DNA of 32,000 nucleotides from Puniceicoccales bacterium (lineage in GTDB: Bacteria; Verrucomicrobiota; Verrucomicrobiia; Opitutales; JAIRKQ01), in the NCBI GenBank assembly GCA_031268175.1, contig JAIRXR010000011.1:204930-236929 (forward strand), given 5' to 3'. Positions within the stretch are counted from its first letter, which is position 1; each line of letters starts with the position of its first letter. The notes beneath the pieces are model-generated. The model did not search any database and was not told the DNA's origin. It saw nothing but the letters and a program-made list of their open reading frames with translations. The position numbers and the translations under genes are program-made. Positions 1-9,908 of this stretch are shown here, piece after piece.

Positions 1-908
1 TCCTTCGATTTTGCGCTGGCGATTTTTGCCATGTCTGGGAAGAAAACCGTTCCAATGGCCAGCGCGAAAATGCCTGTCGGCAATTCCACAAGGCGAACTG
101 CGACGTAGAGCAACGTCACAGCCGGGGCAAAAAATCGGTAGGCGATGAATCGAGACACCAGCACGTTGAGCTGCTCAATGGACGCACCGAATGTCCCTGG
201 GAGAAATAATCTCCAAACGTCGGCCAGTCCTTCCTTCAGATTTTCCGTTTCACCAAGCGAAGGGCGCCAGCCGAGTGCGAACATGGCGGCAAGGGGCATC
301 GCCAGTTGGACAAATCCACCGACCAGCACACCGACTACCAGGCAGTGCACCAATGGCAATCCCTCAAGTCGAAAGCAAAGGCCCCCAATCAGCAGGGATA
401 AAATCATCGAAATGTTCATCCAAACCTGATTGATGGATGATACGAAAAATTTACCGAGAACATTCAGCGCCGCCGAAACAATGGCAGCCAAGCACACGAA
501 AATCATGTATGGCAACAGCGCGGCTGCAAACGATAGCGCCATTGACCACTTGGCATCTGCAACCGCACCATCGGCAACGGCGACGGCGACGTAGGTTAGT
601 GCCAAAATGCAGCACAGCATAATGGCCAATCGCCAAATCACGTGGCTGAATAGTTTGAACATCGAATTTTTTCCGTACCTAACGTACTGCGCCGATAGGA
701 CTGGAATCACGGCCGATGCTAGAGTCCCTTCGCCCAGCAGCCTGCGTAAAAGGTTTGGAAAACTAAACGCCAGCAGGAATGCCGCACCGATCTCGGATAT
801 GCCGAAAAAGGAAACGAATGTCGCGTCGCGCAAATACCCAAACACACGGGAGACAACTGTCATGCTCGACACAATCGACACGTTTTTCAGTGTGCTACTT
901 TTTTCCAT
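1..908 (-). CDS. murJ: Lipid II flippase MurJ (MviN), N-terminal ~300 codons; the 3' end runs off the left edge of the window
   Basis: Hand translation of the minus strand from ATG 908 gives MEKSSTLKNVSIVSSMTVVSRVFGYLRDATFVSFFGISEIGAAFLLAFSFPNLLRRLLGEGTLASAVIPVL... This matches the MurJ N-terminal signature (SR..G..RD, AF..AF..PN..RRL..EG). The frame stays open and hydrophobic down to position 1. It is absent from the ORF track because no stop lies in the window. Its start overlaps the rsmD stop by 14 nt. Confidence 0.8.
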   Translation of the reverse strand, partial: MEKSSTLKNVSIVSSMTVVSRVFGYLRDATFVSFFGISEIGAAFLLAFSFPNLLRRLLGEGTLASAVIPVLSAQYVRYGKNSMFKLFSHVIWRLAIMLCCILALTYVAVAVADGAVADAKWSMALSFAAALLPYMIFVCLAAIVSAALNVLGKFFVSSINQVWMNISMILSLLIGGLCFRLEGLPLVHCLVVGVLVGGFVQLAMPLAAMFALGWRPSLGETENLKEGLADVWRLFLPGTFGASIEQLNVLVSRFIAYRFFAPAVTLLYVAVRLVELPTGIFALAIGTVFFPDMAKIASAKSK

Positions 909-1467
909 ATATCAACGCGTTCGGCTGCCTGGAGTTACCAGCCCTTCCGAGCCGCTTCAGCGCAACGATTCCATCCACATCGCCCGGATCGTAGGATCCA
1001 GGAACCTCGAAAATAAGCCTCGAATCAGCGGAATCCTTTAAAAATTTTGAAAATACCGCGAGCAACCCACTTCCGCCGCCTTCCACCACGTTATATGGCG
1101 GATCGATGAAAATGATGTCGAATTCGGCGGTGCAACTCTGCGCAAAGACTAGGACATCCTGGCACAGGATCTTCGCCGTAAAGCTTCGCGCGGAGGATTT
1201 TCTGACCTTCCCGAGGTTATTTCCAATGGCATCGGCGGCCAGACGGCTTTTCTCAACGAAGACGCACGCCTCCGCCCCCCGACTGAGGGCCTCAAGGCCG
1301 TAATTCCCAACGCCGGCAAAAAGGTCCAGGGCGAACGCCCGCTGCGTTCTCTGCCACATTGATGAAAAAATCGCCTCCCGCAAAAAATCGGTGGATGGCC
1401 GCAAATACTCCACACCTCTTGGCACGTCCAGCAATATGCCGCGGGCGCTTCCGCCTGTAATTCGCAT
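895..1467 (-). CDS. rsmD: 16S rRNA (guanine966-N2)-methyltransferase RsmD
   Basis: 190-aa ORF with MRITGG..RG, SAM-binding LDLFAGVGNYGLEALSRGA and the catalytic DPPY motif (IIFIDPPYN). This is the typical RsmD layout. Confidence 0.85.
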   Translation of the reverse strand: MRITGGSARGILLDVPRGVEYLRPSTDFLREAIFSSMWQRTQRAFALDLFAGVGNYGLEALSRGAEACVFVEKSRLAADAIGNNLGKVRKSSARSFTAKILCQDVLVFAQSCTAEFDIIFIDPPYNVVEGGGSGLLAVFSKFLKDSADSRLIFEVPGSYDPGDVDGIVALKRLGRAGNSRQPNALIYGKK

Positions 1468-1498
1468 TTCAATTGATTGGTGATGATTTTACTAAAAA

Positions 1499-2293
1499 TT
1501 ACGACATTTTTTCGGAAAATCTCGAAATTTTTTTCGCCAACCCGGAACTGGTAGCGACGTAAATGATCGCTCCATTCAGCCGGACATCTTCGGTCGCCAC
1601 AGCAAATTTCTGCGGCATCCCAAGCCTGATGCTGTGAAGAACGGGCAAAATTTCGCGCCCGATTACCGACTCGTGGGATCCGCACATCCCGAGATCGGAA
1701 ATGTAGGCTGTCCCCTTTGGCAGGACTCGCTCGTCGGCGGTTTGAACATGGGTGTGGGTTCCGACGACTGCGGAAACCTTGCCGTCGAAGTGCCAACCGA
1801 ATGCAATCTTTTCCGATGTGGCCTCGGCGTGTATTTCTGCCAGGAAAACGTCGACGTTTCCACCGCTGCTTTTCAAAATTCGCTCCGCGGCTTCGAAGGG
1901 ACAGGCAGCGTTTATTTTCATGAACAGCCTACCAAGAACCACGCAAACGCCGATTTTAACACCCTTTCTTTCAAAAACTACGAAGGTGCGCCCCGGGCAT
2001 TCATTCGGCAAATTCGCCGGGCGGCACACGTATTCCAGCGCATCGATGTCCCGTTCGAAACCGTGCCTATCCCAGATGTGGTCGCCGAGTGTTATCACGT
2101 CCACGCCGGCACCGTGGAGCAGTTCGGCGTGTTCGCGAGTTATTCCAGCTCCGGAAGTGGCATTTTCTCCGTTGGCAACGACGACGTCAATGTCATGGGT
2201 CCTCCGCATGCTCGCCAGGCTGCTGGCTATGAACTCCCGCGCCGGTCGGCCGACGACGTCTCCCAAGTATAAAACTTTCAGCGAAGATTGCAC
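1499..2293 (-). CDS. YmdB-like metallophosphoesterase (2',3'-cyclic-nucleotide phosphodiesterase family)
   Basis: 264-aa ORF with a GTG start. Motifs: LYLGDVVGRPAR, VVANGENATSGAGIT, ITLGDHIWD, GTHTHVQTADERVLPKGTAYISDLGMCG. These are the YmdB/TIGR00282-type calcineurin-like phosphoesterase signatures. Confidence 0.8.
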   Translation of the reverse strand: MQSSLKVLYLGDVVGRPAREFIASSLASMRRTHDIDVVVANGENATSGAGITREHAELLHGAGVDVITLGDHIWDRHGFERDIDALEYVCRPANLPNECPGRTFVVFERKGVKIGVCVVLGRLFMKINAACPFEAAERILKSSGGNVDVFLAEIHAEATSEKIAFGWHFDGKVSAVVGTHTHVQTADERVLPKGTAYISDLGMCGSHESVIGREILPVLHSIRLGMPQKFAVATEDVRLNGAIIYVATSSGLAKKISRFSEKMS

Positions 2294-2354
2294 TTGTCTT
2301 TGCCTGCTGGAAGAAAGAACTATCGCAAAATATTACTAAGTACACCAAAAAAGA

Positions 2355-3425
2355 ATGGAAAAATTTTTACCCATTTTCATAGTGCGGTGGATGTCTTTTT
2401 TGAAGAAATTTTTACGCGGCGTGGCAGTCGCTATCATTTTCTCATTCCCGGAAATCCCAAACGCAAACGCCGGCGGCGAAGAACCGGCTGCTCGCGAAAT
2501 ACAGGCACCGATTGGGCAGGGCTCCAGGGATTTTTCAATGCCTGTCTATGCCAATGACATAGCGGCTATTGTTAACAACGAAATAATAACGATGACCAGA
2601 TTGATGAGGGAAATCGCACCGCTCATTCCGCGCATTCGTGCGGAATCGAGGTCTCAGGAAGAATTTCAAAGAAAAATGCGCCAGTACCAGGAGATGGTGC
2701 TCAATGCCTTCATCGAGAGGGTTCTCATCGTCTCGGACTTCAAATCAAAGGGAGGCAAAATTCCGGATACCTACGAAAAAAAGGAGTACGAAGCGTTCAT
2801 CCGCAGCAGGTTCAACGACGATAGGGTGGCGTTCGCGAAGCATCTGCGGGAGAGCGGAGAGTCCGTCAGGGAGTTCAAAAGAGACATCAGTGAGCATGCC
2901 ATAGTTAGCTTCGTCCTAATGGGGGAGCTAAGAGCAAAAAATGAAATAAGCCCGGCGAAAATTAGGGAATACTATGACGAACATATCCATGATTTCATCG
3001 TCGATCGGCAAATCTACGTCCGCAAAATCACGCTGCTGAAAAGCAACTACGGAGAAGACGAGCTGCAAGCAAAATTGGCGGAACTTGCCAGTGCGATCAG
3101 ATCCGGCGATGACATTCAGTTTCTGGTAAAGAAATTCAACGACTTGCCGATGACGCAGATCGGGTGGATTTCCGCCGACCAAATGATCCCGGAGTTCGCC
3201 AATGCTCTGCGCGGCCTGCAAGTCGGAGAATTTACCGCGCCAATCACCCTGGACAGCAAGGTGTACGTGCTGTACGCAGCGGATGAAAAACCGGCGAAAA
3301 AATTCACCCTCGACGAAGTGCGCGATGACATTGAAAAAATTTTGGCGGCGAAGTACCAGGCCGAGGCGAAGGATAAGTACATGAAAAAATTGAAGGAAAA
3401 GGCGTACATAAAAGTCTTTCTGTAG
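2355..3425 (+). CDS. Periplasmic chaperone / parvulin-type peptidyl-prolyl isomerase (SurA/PrsA-like)
   Basis: 356-aa ORF with an N-terminal signal-like segment (AVAIIFSFPEIPNANA). It has a SurA_N-like helical region, then a PpiC/parvulin-like domain (VRKITLL..., GWISADQMIPEFANALRGLQVGEFTAPITLDSKVYVLY). Confidence 0.65.
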   Translation: MEKFLPIFIVRWMSFLKKFLRGVAVAIIFSFPEIPNANAGGEEPAAREIQAPIGQGSRDFSMPVYANDIAAIVNNEIITMTRLMREIAPLIPRIRAESRSQEEFQRKMRQYQEMVLNAFIERVLIVSDFKSKGGKIPDTYEKKEYEAFIRSRFNDDRVAFAKHLRESGESVREFKRDISEHAIVSFVLMGELRAKNEISPAKIREYYDEHIHDFIVDRQIYVRKITLLKSNYGEDELQAKLAELASAIRSGDDIQFLVKKFNDLPMTQIGWISADQMIPEFANALRGLQVGEFTAPITLDSKVYVLYAADEKPAKKFTLDEVRDDIEKILAAKYQAEAKDKYMKKLKEKAYIKVFL

Positions 3426-3513
3426 CGGCTGCCCATTTCGGTACTTTTGTCGGATTTATTTCTTGATTAAGCATGGTCGCGTTTTAGTCTCCCGCTGAAA
3501 AGGGCTTAGGAAG

Positions 3514-3852
3514 ATGATGAATGTGTTTTTTGTGGCTGAAGTTACGGCGGCGCAGCGGCAATCCGCCGGATCTGGATGGCAGATGCTGGCGATCTATGCG
3601 CTGCTGTTCGCCGGCATGTGGTTTTTGCTGGTTGCTCCGCAGAGGAAGAAGCAAAAAAGTCAGCTGAAAATGATCGAAGAGCTGAAATCCGGCGACAGGG
3701 TTGTCACAACATCCGGAATCGTCGGGACGATTGCCAATGTGAAGGGACAGATGTTCATCCTGAAAATCGCCGACGATACGAAAATTGAGATTTTCAGATC
3801 ATACATTCAGGCAAAATTGGACAAGGCGGACAAAGGTGAGAAGGGGGAGTGA
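3514..3852 (+). CDS. yajC: Preprotein translocase subunit YajC
   Basis: 112-aa ORF with one TM segment, then the YajC motif LVAPQRKKQK...LKSGDRVVTTSGIVGTI. An AGGAAG SD-like element sits upstream. It lies directly upstream of secDF. Confidence 0.85.
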   Translation: MMNVFFVAEVTAAQRQSAGSGWQMLAIYALLFAGMWFLLVAPQRKKQKSQLKMIEELKSGDRVVTTSGIVGTIANVKGQMFILKIADDTKIEIFRSYIQAKLDKADKGEKGE

Positions 3853-3858
3853 CGTCCA

Positions 3859-6339
3859 ATGCGCATGAGGGCGTCCTTCCGTAGAATTTTGCTATCGCTG
3901 GTAGTCGTTGTCGCCGCGATTTTTTCCGTCCTACCGGTGCGCGACAGGCCATTTGGGAAATACATGGTCAGCTGCGTCACGCGCGAAAAACAAACCTTCG
4001 ACGAGCTCCTGCAGCGTGCCAGCGAACGGCTATCTTCCGGCCAAAGCAAAAGCCTATATCTGGCCATTCGGACAATTGCGGGCGAAGAAAACGTGGATCT
4101 GGCACGGTTCTTTGGCAGGAAGAATGTGGCGGACATAAAAGATCTCCGCGAAAAAAATAAGATCCTGCTTGATTCAATTTTGGCCGATTCGAAGAGCAAG
4201 ATCAAGCAAGGGCTGGACCTCAAAGGCGGCGTTTCCTTCACTTTGAGAGTGGACGACCCCAAATTTGACAATTTTTCGGCCATTGAAAAAACCAAGCAGT
4301 TGGATAAGGCCGTTGACATCATTCGCCAGCGCATTGATGGGCTCGGCGTAGCCGAACCACTGGTGCGCATCTTCGGCAACAACTGCATAGAGGTCCAACT
4401 GCCTGGAATTTCCATTGGAGATAACCCGGAAATTGTTGACGCTATAAAAAAGCCGGCGAAGCTAGAATTTCGACTGCTGCATGGGACGTTGGTGCCGAAA
4501 TCGAAATCCGAGCAGCCACCAATCGGTTACGAAGTTTTCGAACTCGGGCGCGTCTCAGACAATCGGACCTCGGAACGTAGCTACGCATTCGTGAAGAAGA
4601 TACCGGAAATGACCGGCAACAAGGTGAAGCACGCCGGCGTCGCAATCGGACAGTATGGCGAATATGAAGTTTCGCTGACAATGACGGACGAGGGAGCAAA
4701 AATTTTCGAAAAAATCACGGCCGCTAACATAAATCGCCAGCTTGGAATCGTATTGGACGGCAAACTATATTCCGCCCCGGTAATTCGTTCGCCAATACCG
4801 AGTGGCCGTGCGAGCATTTCCGGAAGATTTACCCAGCGGGATGCGCTCGAGCTGGCGAATGTTTTGAACAACCCACTCGAAGTCGCATTGAAATTTGTAG
4901 AGCTGAACGAAATTGGGCCGTCCATGGCCGAGGACGCAATGGCAAGTTCGCTGCGCGCATCGCTAATTGGCGCATCCGTAGTTGCGCTTTTCATGCTAGC
5001 CTACTACCGCGTAGCCGGCGCCGTGTCGCTGGTGGCGATCCTAGCAAATATGGCAATTACACTGGGCGTGATGGCATCCATCGGTGCTACGCTGACGCTG
5101 CCAGGCATTGCGGCACTGGTTCTGACGATCGGCATGGCCGTAGATGCAAACATTTTGATATTTGAAAGAATGCGGGAGGAGTTGCTCTGCGGCAAGCCCG
5201 TTTCCGTCGCACTGGCGGCTGGCCATGGGAAAGCGTTCTCCTCCATCGTCGACGCAAATCTGACGACGCTACTTGCGGCACTGATTCTCATACACTTCGG
5301 CACCGGCCCGATAAAAGGGTTCGGGGTGATTTTAGCCATTGGCATCTTCGCAACCATATTCTGCGCACTGGTGCTTAGCAGGGGCTTGCTAGAGGTCTTA
5401 GTCGAAGGCGACATTTACAAAAAACTTATCCCAAATTTCAGAGTTCGACCGCTCGCCTTTGATTTTTTAAAGCACTGGAAATCGATATTTGCGGCATACG
5501 CCGTAGCCATTCTCGCGTGCACCGCCGCTGTGGCATCGCGCAACACCAAAATTTATGGCATAGATTTCACCGGCGGAGATGAAGTTACATTAAAATTTGA
5601 CAAAAAAATACCGATTGGCGAAATTAATAGGGCGGCGGCGGAAAGTGGCATCGGGGAAATTGCTTCCGTCTATCAGAAATCCGCAGCTGACAATTCAGAA
5701 ATCCTACGCGTGCAAACGGCTGAGGGCAGAGGAGCGGAAACCTTTGCGTGCTTGAAAAACAATTTCGAAGAGGCCAACCTGTCCCTGGTGAAAAAAACCG
5801 AAATCGGCTCGTCCGTGGGGCAGGGAATAAAATTGAATGCACTAATTTCCATTGCGCTGGCTATGCTTGGCATAATGGCATACGTCGCATTCCGCTTTGA
5901 AATGGGCTATGGCGTTGGAGCCGTTGTTTCGACGGTTTTGGATGTAATCTTGACCGTGCTAATATACCTATCGCTCGGACATCAAATTTCAGCGCCAATG
6001 GTAGCCTCCATCCTCATGGTTGTCGGCTATTCCATCAACGACACGATCATAGTGTTCGATAGAATACGGGAAGAACTGAAATCGAACGAAGCGATGTCTC
6101 TGTGTGACGTGATAAATCTGTCCATCGTAAAAACGATCTCCCGCACCGTGCTAACCAGCGCATCGACATTTCTATCGGCGCTGGCACTCTACCTGTTCGG
6201 ATCCGGCGTGATCGTTGATTTCGCGCTAGTCTTTATGATAGGCATCGCCGTTGGGACGTTTTCTTCCATATTCGTCGCAAGCCCCATATTCCACATTTGG
6301 CACGGTGGCGATAGGAGAACCATCCCGGTGGCAATCTAG
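3859..6339 (+). CDS. secDF: Fused protein-export membrane protein SecD-SecF
   Basis: 826-aa ORF. The SecD half has GLDLKGGVSFTL, a periplasmic domain and LTIGMAVDANILIFERMREE. The SecF half has GIDFTGG and VGYSINDTIIVFDRIREE. About 12 TM segments in total. Confidence 0.9.
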   Translation: MRMRASFRRILLSLVVVVAAIFSVLPVRDRPFGKYMVSCVTREKQTFDELLQRASERLSSGQSKSLYLAIRTIAGEENVDLARFFGRKNVADIKDLREKNKILLDSILADSKSKIKQGLDLKGGVSFTLRVDDPKFDNFSAIEKTKQLDKAVDIIRQRIDGLGVAEPLVRIFGNNCIEVQLPGISIGDNPEIVDAIKKPAKLEFRLLHGTLVPKSKSEQPPIGYEVFELGRVSDNRTSERSYAFVKKIPEMTGNKVKHAGVAIGQYGEYEVSLTMTDEGAKIFEKITAANINRQLGIVLDGKLYSAPVIRSPIPSGRASISGRFTQRDALELANVLNNPLEVALKFVELNEIGPSMAEDAMASSLRASLIGASVVALFMLAYYRVAGAVSLVAILANMAITLGVMASIGATLTLPGIAALVLTIGMAVDANILIFERMREELLCGKPVSVALAAGHGKAFSSIVDANLTTLLAALILIHFGTGPIKGFGVILAIGIFATIFCALVLSRGLLEVLVEGDIYKKLIPNFRVRPLAFDFLKHWKSIFAAYAVAILACTAAVASRNTKIYGIDFTGGDEVTLKFDKKIPIGEINRAAAESGIGEIASVYQKSAADNSEILRVQTAEGRGAETFACLKNNFEEANLSLVKKTEIGSSVGQGIKLNALISIALAMLGIMAYVAFRFEMGYGVGAVVSTVLDVILTVLIYLSLGHQISAPMVASILMVVGYSINDTIIVFDRIREELKSNEAMSLCDVINLSIVKTISRTVLTSASTFLSALALYLFGSGVIVDFALVFMIGIAVGTFSSIFVASPIFHIWHGGDRRTIPVAI

Positions 6340-6357
6340 CACAACTTTCGGCGCACG

Positions 6358-8097
6358 ATGGCAGAGAAAATTTGGGCACAGTTTCCCTATGAAAAATCGG
6401 TCGCCGAATTTCTCTACAAATCGCTGAACGTCGGATTCCCGGTCTGCGTAATACTTGCCCAGAGGGGAATTGCGGCGAAATCCGACGCCGAAAGATTTCT
6501 GTGGCCAAAGCTGACCTACCTCGATGATCCTTTCAAAATAAGGAACGTCGATCGCGCGGTCGACATGCTCTGCAGGATAATAGAAAATAACCTGCGCATA
6601 GCCGTCGTCGGCGACTACGACGTTGACGGAATGACAAGCGTAACGCTACTGGCCTCGCTGCTAAAAAACTTTGCCGTAAAACCGGATCTTTTTGTCCCGA
6701 GACGCGCGTACGAAGGCTATGGCCTGTCCTTGGAAATCGTGAAGCGCGTATTATCAGCAAGAAAATACGACGTGGTAGTAGTCTTGGACTGCGGGACAAA
6801 TGCCGCCAGCGAAATAGAGTTTTTGCAAAAAAATGGCATCGAGGTCCTGGTCGTCGACCACCACCAGGCGAAGGCATTGCCAATAGCGCCATGCTGCGTG
6901 GTCAATCCACACGCCAGCGATTGTGAAAACGATGGCAAATACAAGATACTATGTACGGTCGGACTGGTTTTCAAGCTGTGCCACGGGCTGCTGAGGACAC
7001 TGCGGAAAAAAAATGATCAGCGGGCATTGCGATACTCGCTGAAAAACGATCTCGACTTGGTAACTCTCGGTACAATTGCGGACATGGTGCATCTCGTCGG
7101 TGAAAACAGGATACTGTGCAAATTCGGATTGAAAATTTTCAGCGGAAAATTTCGCAGACCTGGCATTGAGGCGCTGTGCAGGTCCGCTGATATCCACGCC
7201 GGAGCAATCGTACGGCAATCTGACATTTCCTACAAGCTGTGCCCGCGGTTGAATGCGTGTGGGCGGCTAACGGATGCCATGCTACCAATAAACATGATGC
7301 TGAGCGACAACTTCGACGAGGCCATGACCTACGCCTACGAGCTCGACGAAACGAACAGGGAGCGGCAATTGATCGAAAAGGACATGACGGAGCAGGCTGA
7401 AAAATTGGTTCGTGCGCGCTATGCAAACGACAGTGGGCTCGTCCTCTACGATAGGAATTGGCACGCCGGCGTGGTTGGCATAATTAGCGGTAAATTTGCC
7501 AGAGACTACGCAAGGCCGTGCGTAGTTTTTGGACACGAACGCAACATCGCAAAGGGGTCCGGCAGGAGCTCGGACGGAACCAACTTAATCGACGTTCTCA
7601 GCGATTGTCCCGATTTGCTCGAGACATGGGGTGGACATCCCTACGCCGTCGGCATATCCATACTGCCGAAGAACATAGATGCATTCAGAAAAAAATTCAA
7701 CGAAGTCCTTGGCAGGCACTTGGCCTCTTCGCCGTCACAGGAAAAATTGGAATTTTCTTCGGAATTGAAATTGGAAGAAATAGACAACGGATTCATGGAG
7801 GAGTTGGAGATGCTGCAGCCGTTTGGGCAGAAAAATCCAGAACCAGTCTTTCTCGTAAAAACCATAAAAATCAACTGCCTGCCGGAAACATTTGGTGCGC
7901 GGAAAAATCACGTAAAATTTTGGCTGACGGATAGACATTCCAAAAAAATGCTGGTGATTGGGTGGAATTGCGCGCACAATATTCCGCCCATCCGCACATC
8001 GCTTGACCTGCTTGTGACCGTCAACCATGAAACGTGGAATGAAACGCACTCCACATGCCTATACGTGATCGATTGGAGGGTGGCCAGAAAGAACTAG
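6358..8097 (+). CDS. recJ: Single-stranded-DNA-specific exonuclease RecJ
   Basis: 579-aa ORF with DHH-family motifs VVGDYDVDGMTS, VLDCGT, VVDHH and a DHHA1-like GGHPYAVG. Confidence 0.9.
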   Translation: MAEKIWAQFPYEKSVAEFLYKSLNVGFPVCVILAQRGIAAKSDAERFLWPKLTYLDDPFKIRNVDRAVDMLCRIIENNLRIAVVGDYDVDGMTSVTLLASLLKNFAVKPDLFVPRRAYEGYGLSLEIVKRVLSARKYDVVVVLDCGTNAASEIEFLQKNGIEVLVVDHHQAKALPIAPCCVVNPHASDCENDGKYKILCTVGLVFKLCHGLLRTLRKKNDQRALRYSLKNDLDLVTLGTIADMVHLVGENRILCKFGLKIFSGKFRRPGIEALCRSADIHAGAIVRQSDISYKLCPRLNACGRLTDAMLPINMMLSDNFDEAMTYAYELDETNRERQLIEKDMTEQAEKLVRARYANDSGLVLYDRNWHAGVVGIISGKFARDYARPCVVFGHERNIAKGSGRSSDGTNLIDVLSDCPDLLETWGGHPYAVGISILPKNIDAFRKKFNEVLGRHLASSPSQEKLEFSSELKLEEIDNGFMEELEMLQPFGQKNPEPVFLVKTIKINCLPETFGARKNHVKFWLTDRHSKKMLVIGWNCAHNIPPIRTSLDLLVTVNHETWNETHSTCLYVIDWRVARKN

Positions 8098-8173
8098 CGC
8101 AGGCACCAGCTTGCCGGGGAGGTTTTTGGAAAATTGTTGGAAAATTTGCTTGCGAACGAGGAACCTCTATGCC

Positions 8174-9334
8174 ATGAGGGTAGGTGTGTTTGGGCTTACT
8201 GAAAATCAGGCATTCATGGTGTTGAATGCATTACCGAATATCGGCCCTTGTACTGTAAAAAAATTACTGGTGCATTTCCAAGGGGACGCAAGGCGCATCT
8301 TTTCAGCAACAGCTGCACAATTGGAGTCTGCATTGAACCTCGACGGGCAGACGATCGGCTGCATAGTAAATTACAGCAAATACTTCGACTTGGAGAAGGA
8401 AGAGCGCGCCCTTGCCGCATTGCGTGGTCGGTTTTTCAGCGCCAACGATGGCGATTATCCAACTCTGCTAAGAGAAATTCCAGATGCACCCACGGGGCTA
8501 TACACCATCGGAGAGATCGATAATCGGGATAAAAACATAGCCATCGTCGGCTCACGAACGACGACTTTATACGGGCTAGAGGTAGCGCGAATGCTCGCGA
8601 TGGAACTGGCACGGCGAGGATTTTGCATTGTCAGCGGCATGGCGCGCGGGATTGATGCCGCGGCGCACGAAGGTGCGCTTGCCGCGAAAGGCAAAACGAT
8701 GGCCGTTCTCGGTAACGGAGTTGACGTTGTGTATCCCGGCGAAAATGCGGCGCTTTACAGAAGAATTCTCTCAAACGGTGCCGTCATCTCCGAGTTCACA
8801 CTCGGAAGGCGTGCCGATAGGCAAACATTTCCCATACGCAACCGCCTGATTGCCGGCCTGTGCCACGCCGTAATCATAGTCGAATCCGACAAATTCGGCG
8901 GCAGTATGATAACGGCAAAATTTGCGGTGGAATACGGCAGGCACGTATTTGCAGTGCCAGGAAGGATCGACCAATCGTCCAGCGCCGGCTGCCTAGCTCT
9001 CATAAAGGAGGGGGCGACCGTACTAACGTGCGTCGACGATATTTTCGAGGATATTCCATACCTCAGCGGCATCCCGAAGCAGGAAACGCTGGTAAATTTT
9101 GCTGGCAATTTCGTTCCGCCAGTGCAGATGCCAAGCCTTCCATGCCCCATCGAGAAGAAGGTCTACGAAATTTTGCTGAGCGAAAAATCCGCCGGCATAG
9201 ACGCACTGGTAAGCATCTCCGAATTGCCAGCGAGTAAGGTGCTAAATTCATTGCAAATGCTCGAGGTGCGCGGACTGGCGTCGAGGCGCTACGACGGAAG
9301 GTTCGAAGCAAAAAAAATGGCCTACGCTTCGTAG
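8174..9334 (+). CDS. dprA: DNA-processing protein DprA
   Basis: ORF 8111..9334. The ATG at 8174 (MRVGVFGLTENQAFMVLNALPNIG) is the more plausible start. DprA Rossmann-like core: IAIVGSRTTTLYG...IVSGMARGIDAAAHEGAL...GGSMITAKFAVEYGRHVFAVPG. Confidence 0.85.
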   Translation: MRVGVFGLTENQAFMVLNALPNIGPCTVKKLLVHFQGDARRIFSATAAQLESALNLDGQTIGCIVNYSKYFDLEKEERALAALRGRFFSANDGDYPTLLREIPDAPTGLYTIGEIDNRDKNIAIVGSRTTTLYGLEVARMLAMELARRGFCIVSGMARGIDAAAHEGALAAKGKTMAVLGNGVDVVYPGENAALYRRILSNGAVISEFTLGRRADRQTFPIRNRLIAGLCHAVIIVESDKFGGSMITAKFAVEYGRHVFAVPGRIDQSSSAGCLALIKEGATVLTCVDDIFEDIPYLSGIPKQETLVNFAGNFVPPVQMPSLPCPIEKKVYEILLSEKSAGIDALVSISELPASKVLNSLQMLEVRGLASRRYDGRFEAKKMAYAS

Positions 9335-9347
9335 CCCTGATTGGGTG

Positions 9348-9863
9348 CTAAAGCTCCCACATGTAGCTTTTTTTGCCAAACAGAACGTTGCCTTCGCCGT
9401 CTTCGAATTCTATCTTCCACGCTCGAATTTTTTGAATGTCTATTTTTTCTGACACTACGCCGCAGTAGATCTCATAGACAAACGGAAACTTTCGCTCCTC
9501 TGGTATCTTGCATGTAAATGTGCGCACGCCATCTTCCATCGCCATCACGGCGTAGATTTTGGCGAATAGCTCTCCGGGCAACTTGCTGACGGGAACATTC
9601 AATCCGATGATAAAATACGTTCCAGCGCGCTTGTTTTCAGCATCCCTCGCAATGCAGCGAAAATATCGGTGCTCCTTTTTTTCTCCAAAATACTCACCTA
9701 TTGTTTTAAAATTCGCATCGCCCATGTGCTTGATTTCAACGGACTTAATCCTAAACGCGTACTCACCACTATCGCCATTCGATGCGCCACTAGCCACTGC
9801 GATGCTGCAAACTCGAAACGCCAGCGCGCAGACCACAAGGGTAAAAATTCTAGCGATTGACAT
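9348..9863 (-). CDS. Hypothetical secreted protein (signal peptide, no recognisable domain)
   Basis: ORF 9348..9890. The internal ATG at 9863 gives MSIARIFTLVVCALAFRVCSIAVASGA, which is signal-peptide-like. The rest is a mixed-charge ~150-aa body. No family recognised. Confidence 0.45.
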   Translation of the reverse strand: MSIARIFTLVVCALAFRVCSIAVASGASNGDSGEYAFRIKSVEIKHMGDANFKTIGEYFGEKKEHRYFRCIARDAENKRAGTYFIIGLNVPVSKLPGELFAKIYAVMAMEDGVRTFTCKIPEERKFPFVYEIYCGVVSEKIDIQKIRAWKIEFEDGEGNVLFGKKSYMWEL

Positions 9864-9908
9864 GCGCAGCGTAGGTTCTTGAGTTGGCACAAAATTTCAA
9901 GATTAATT

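Noticed and set aside
145-1041. Plus-strand ORFs at the left edge (145..429, 191..433, 437..622, 607..1041), including an RRRRRR run.
   Set aside because: The minus strand here translates as an open, hydrophobic MurJ N-terminal half with its signature motif. The plus-strand ORFs are antisense artefacts.
1149-2339. Alternative-frame ORFs over the ymdB-like gene (1149..1796 -, 1634..2272 +, 1752..2339 +).
   Set aside because: The 1499..2293 minus frame carries the full set of metallophosphoesterase motifs. The others are Arg/Pro-rich shadows.
3807-5414. Several 130-200-aa minus-strand ORFs (3807..4415, 4581..4994, 5004..5414) inside secDF.
   Set aside because: They are antisense to an unambiguous 826-aa SecDF and have low-complexity Ser/Ala/Arg-rich translations. 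There is no independent support.
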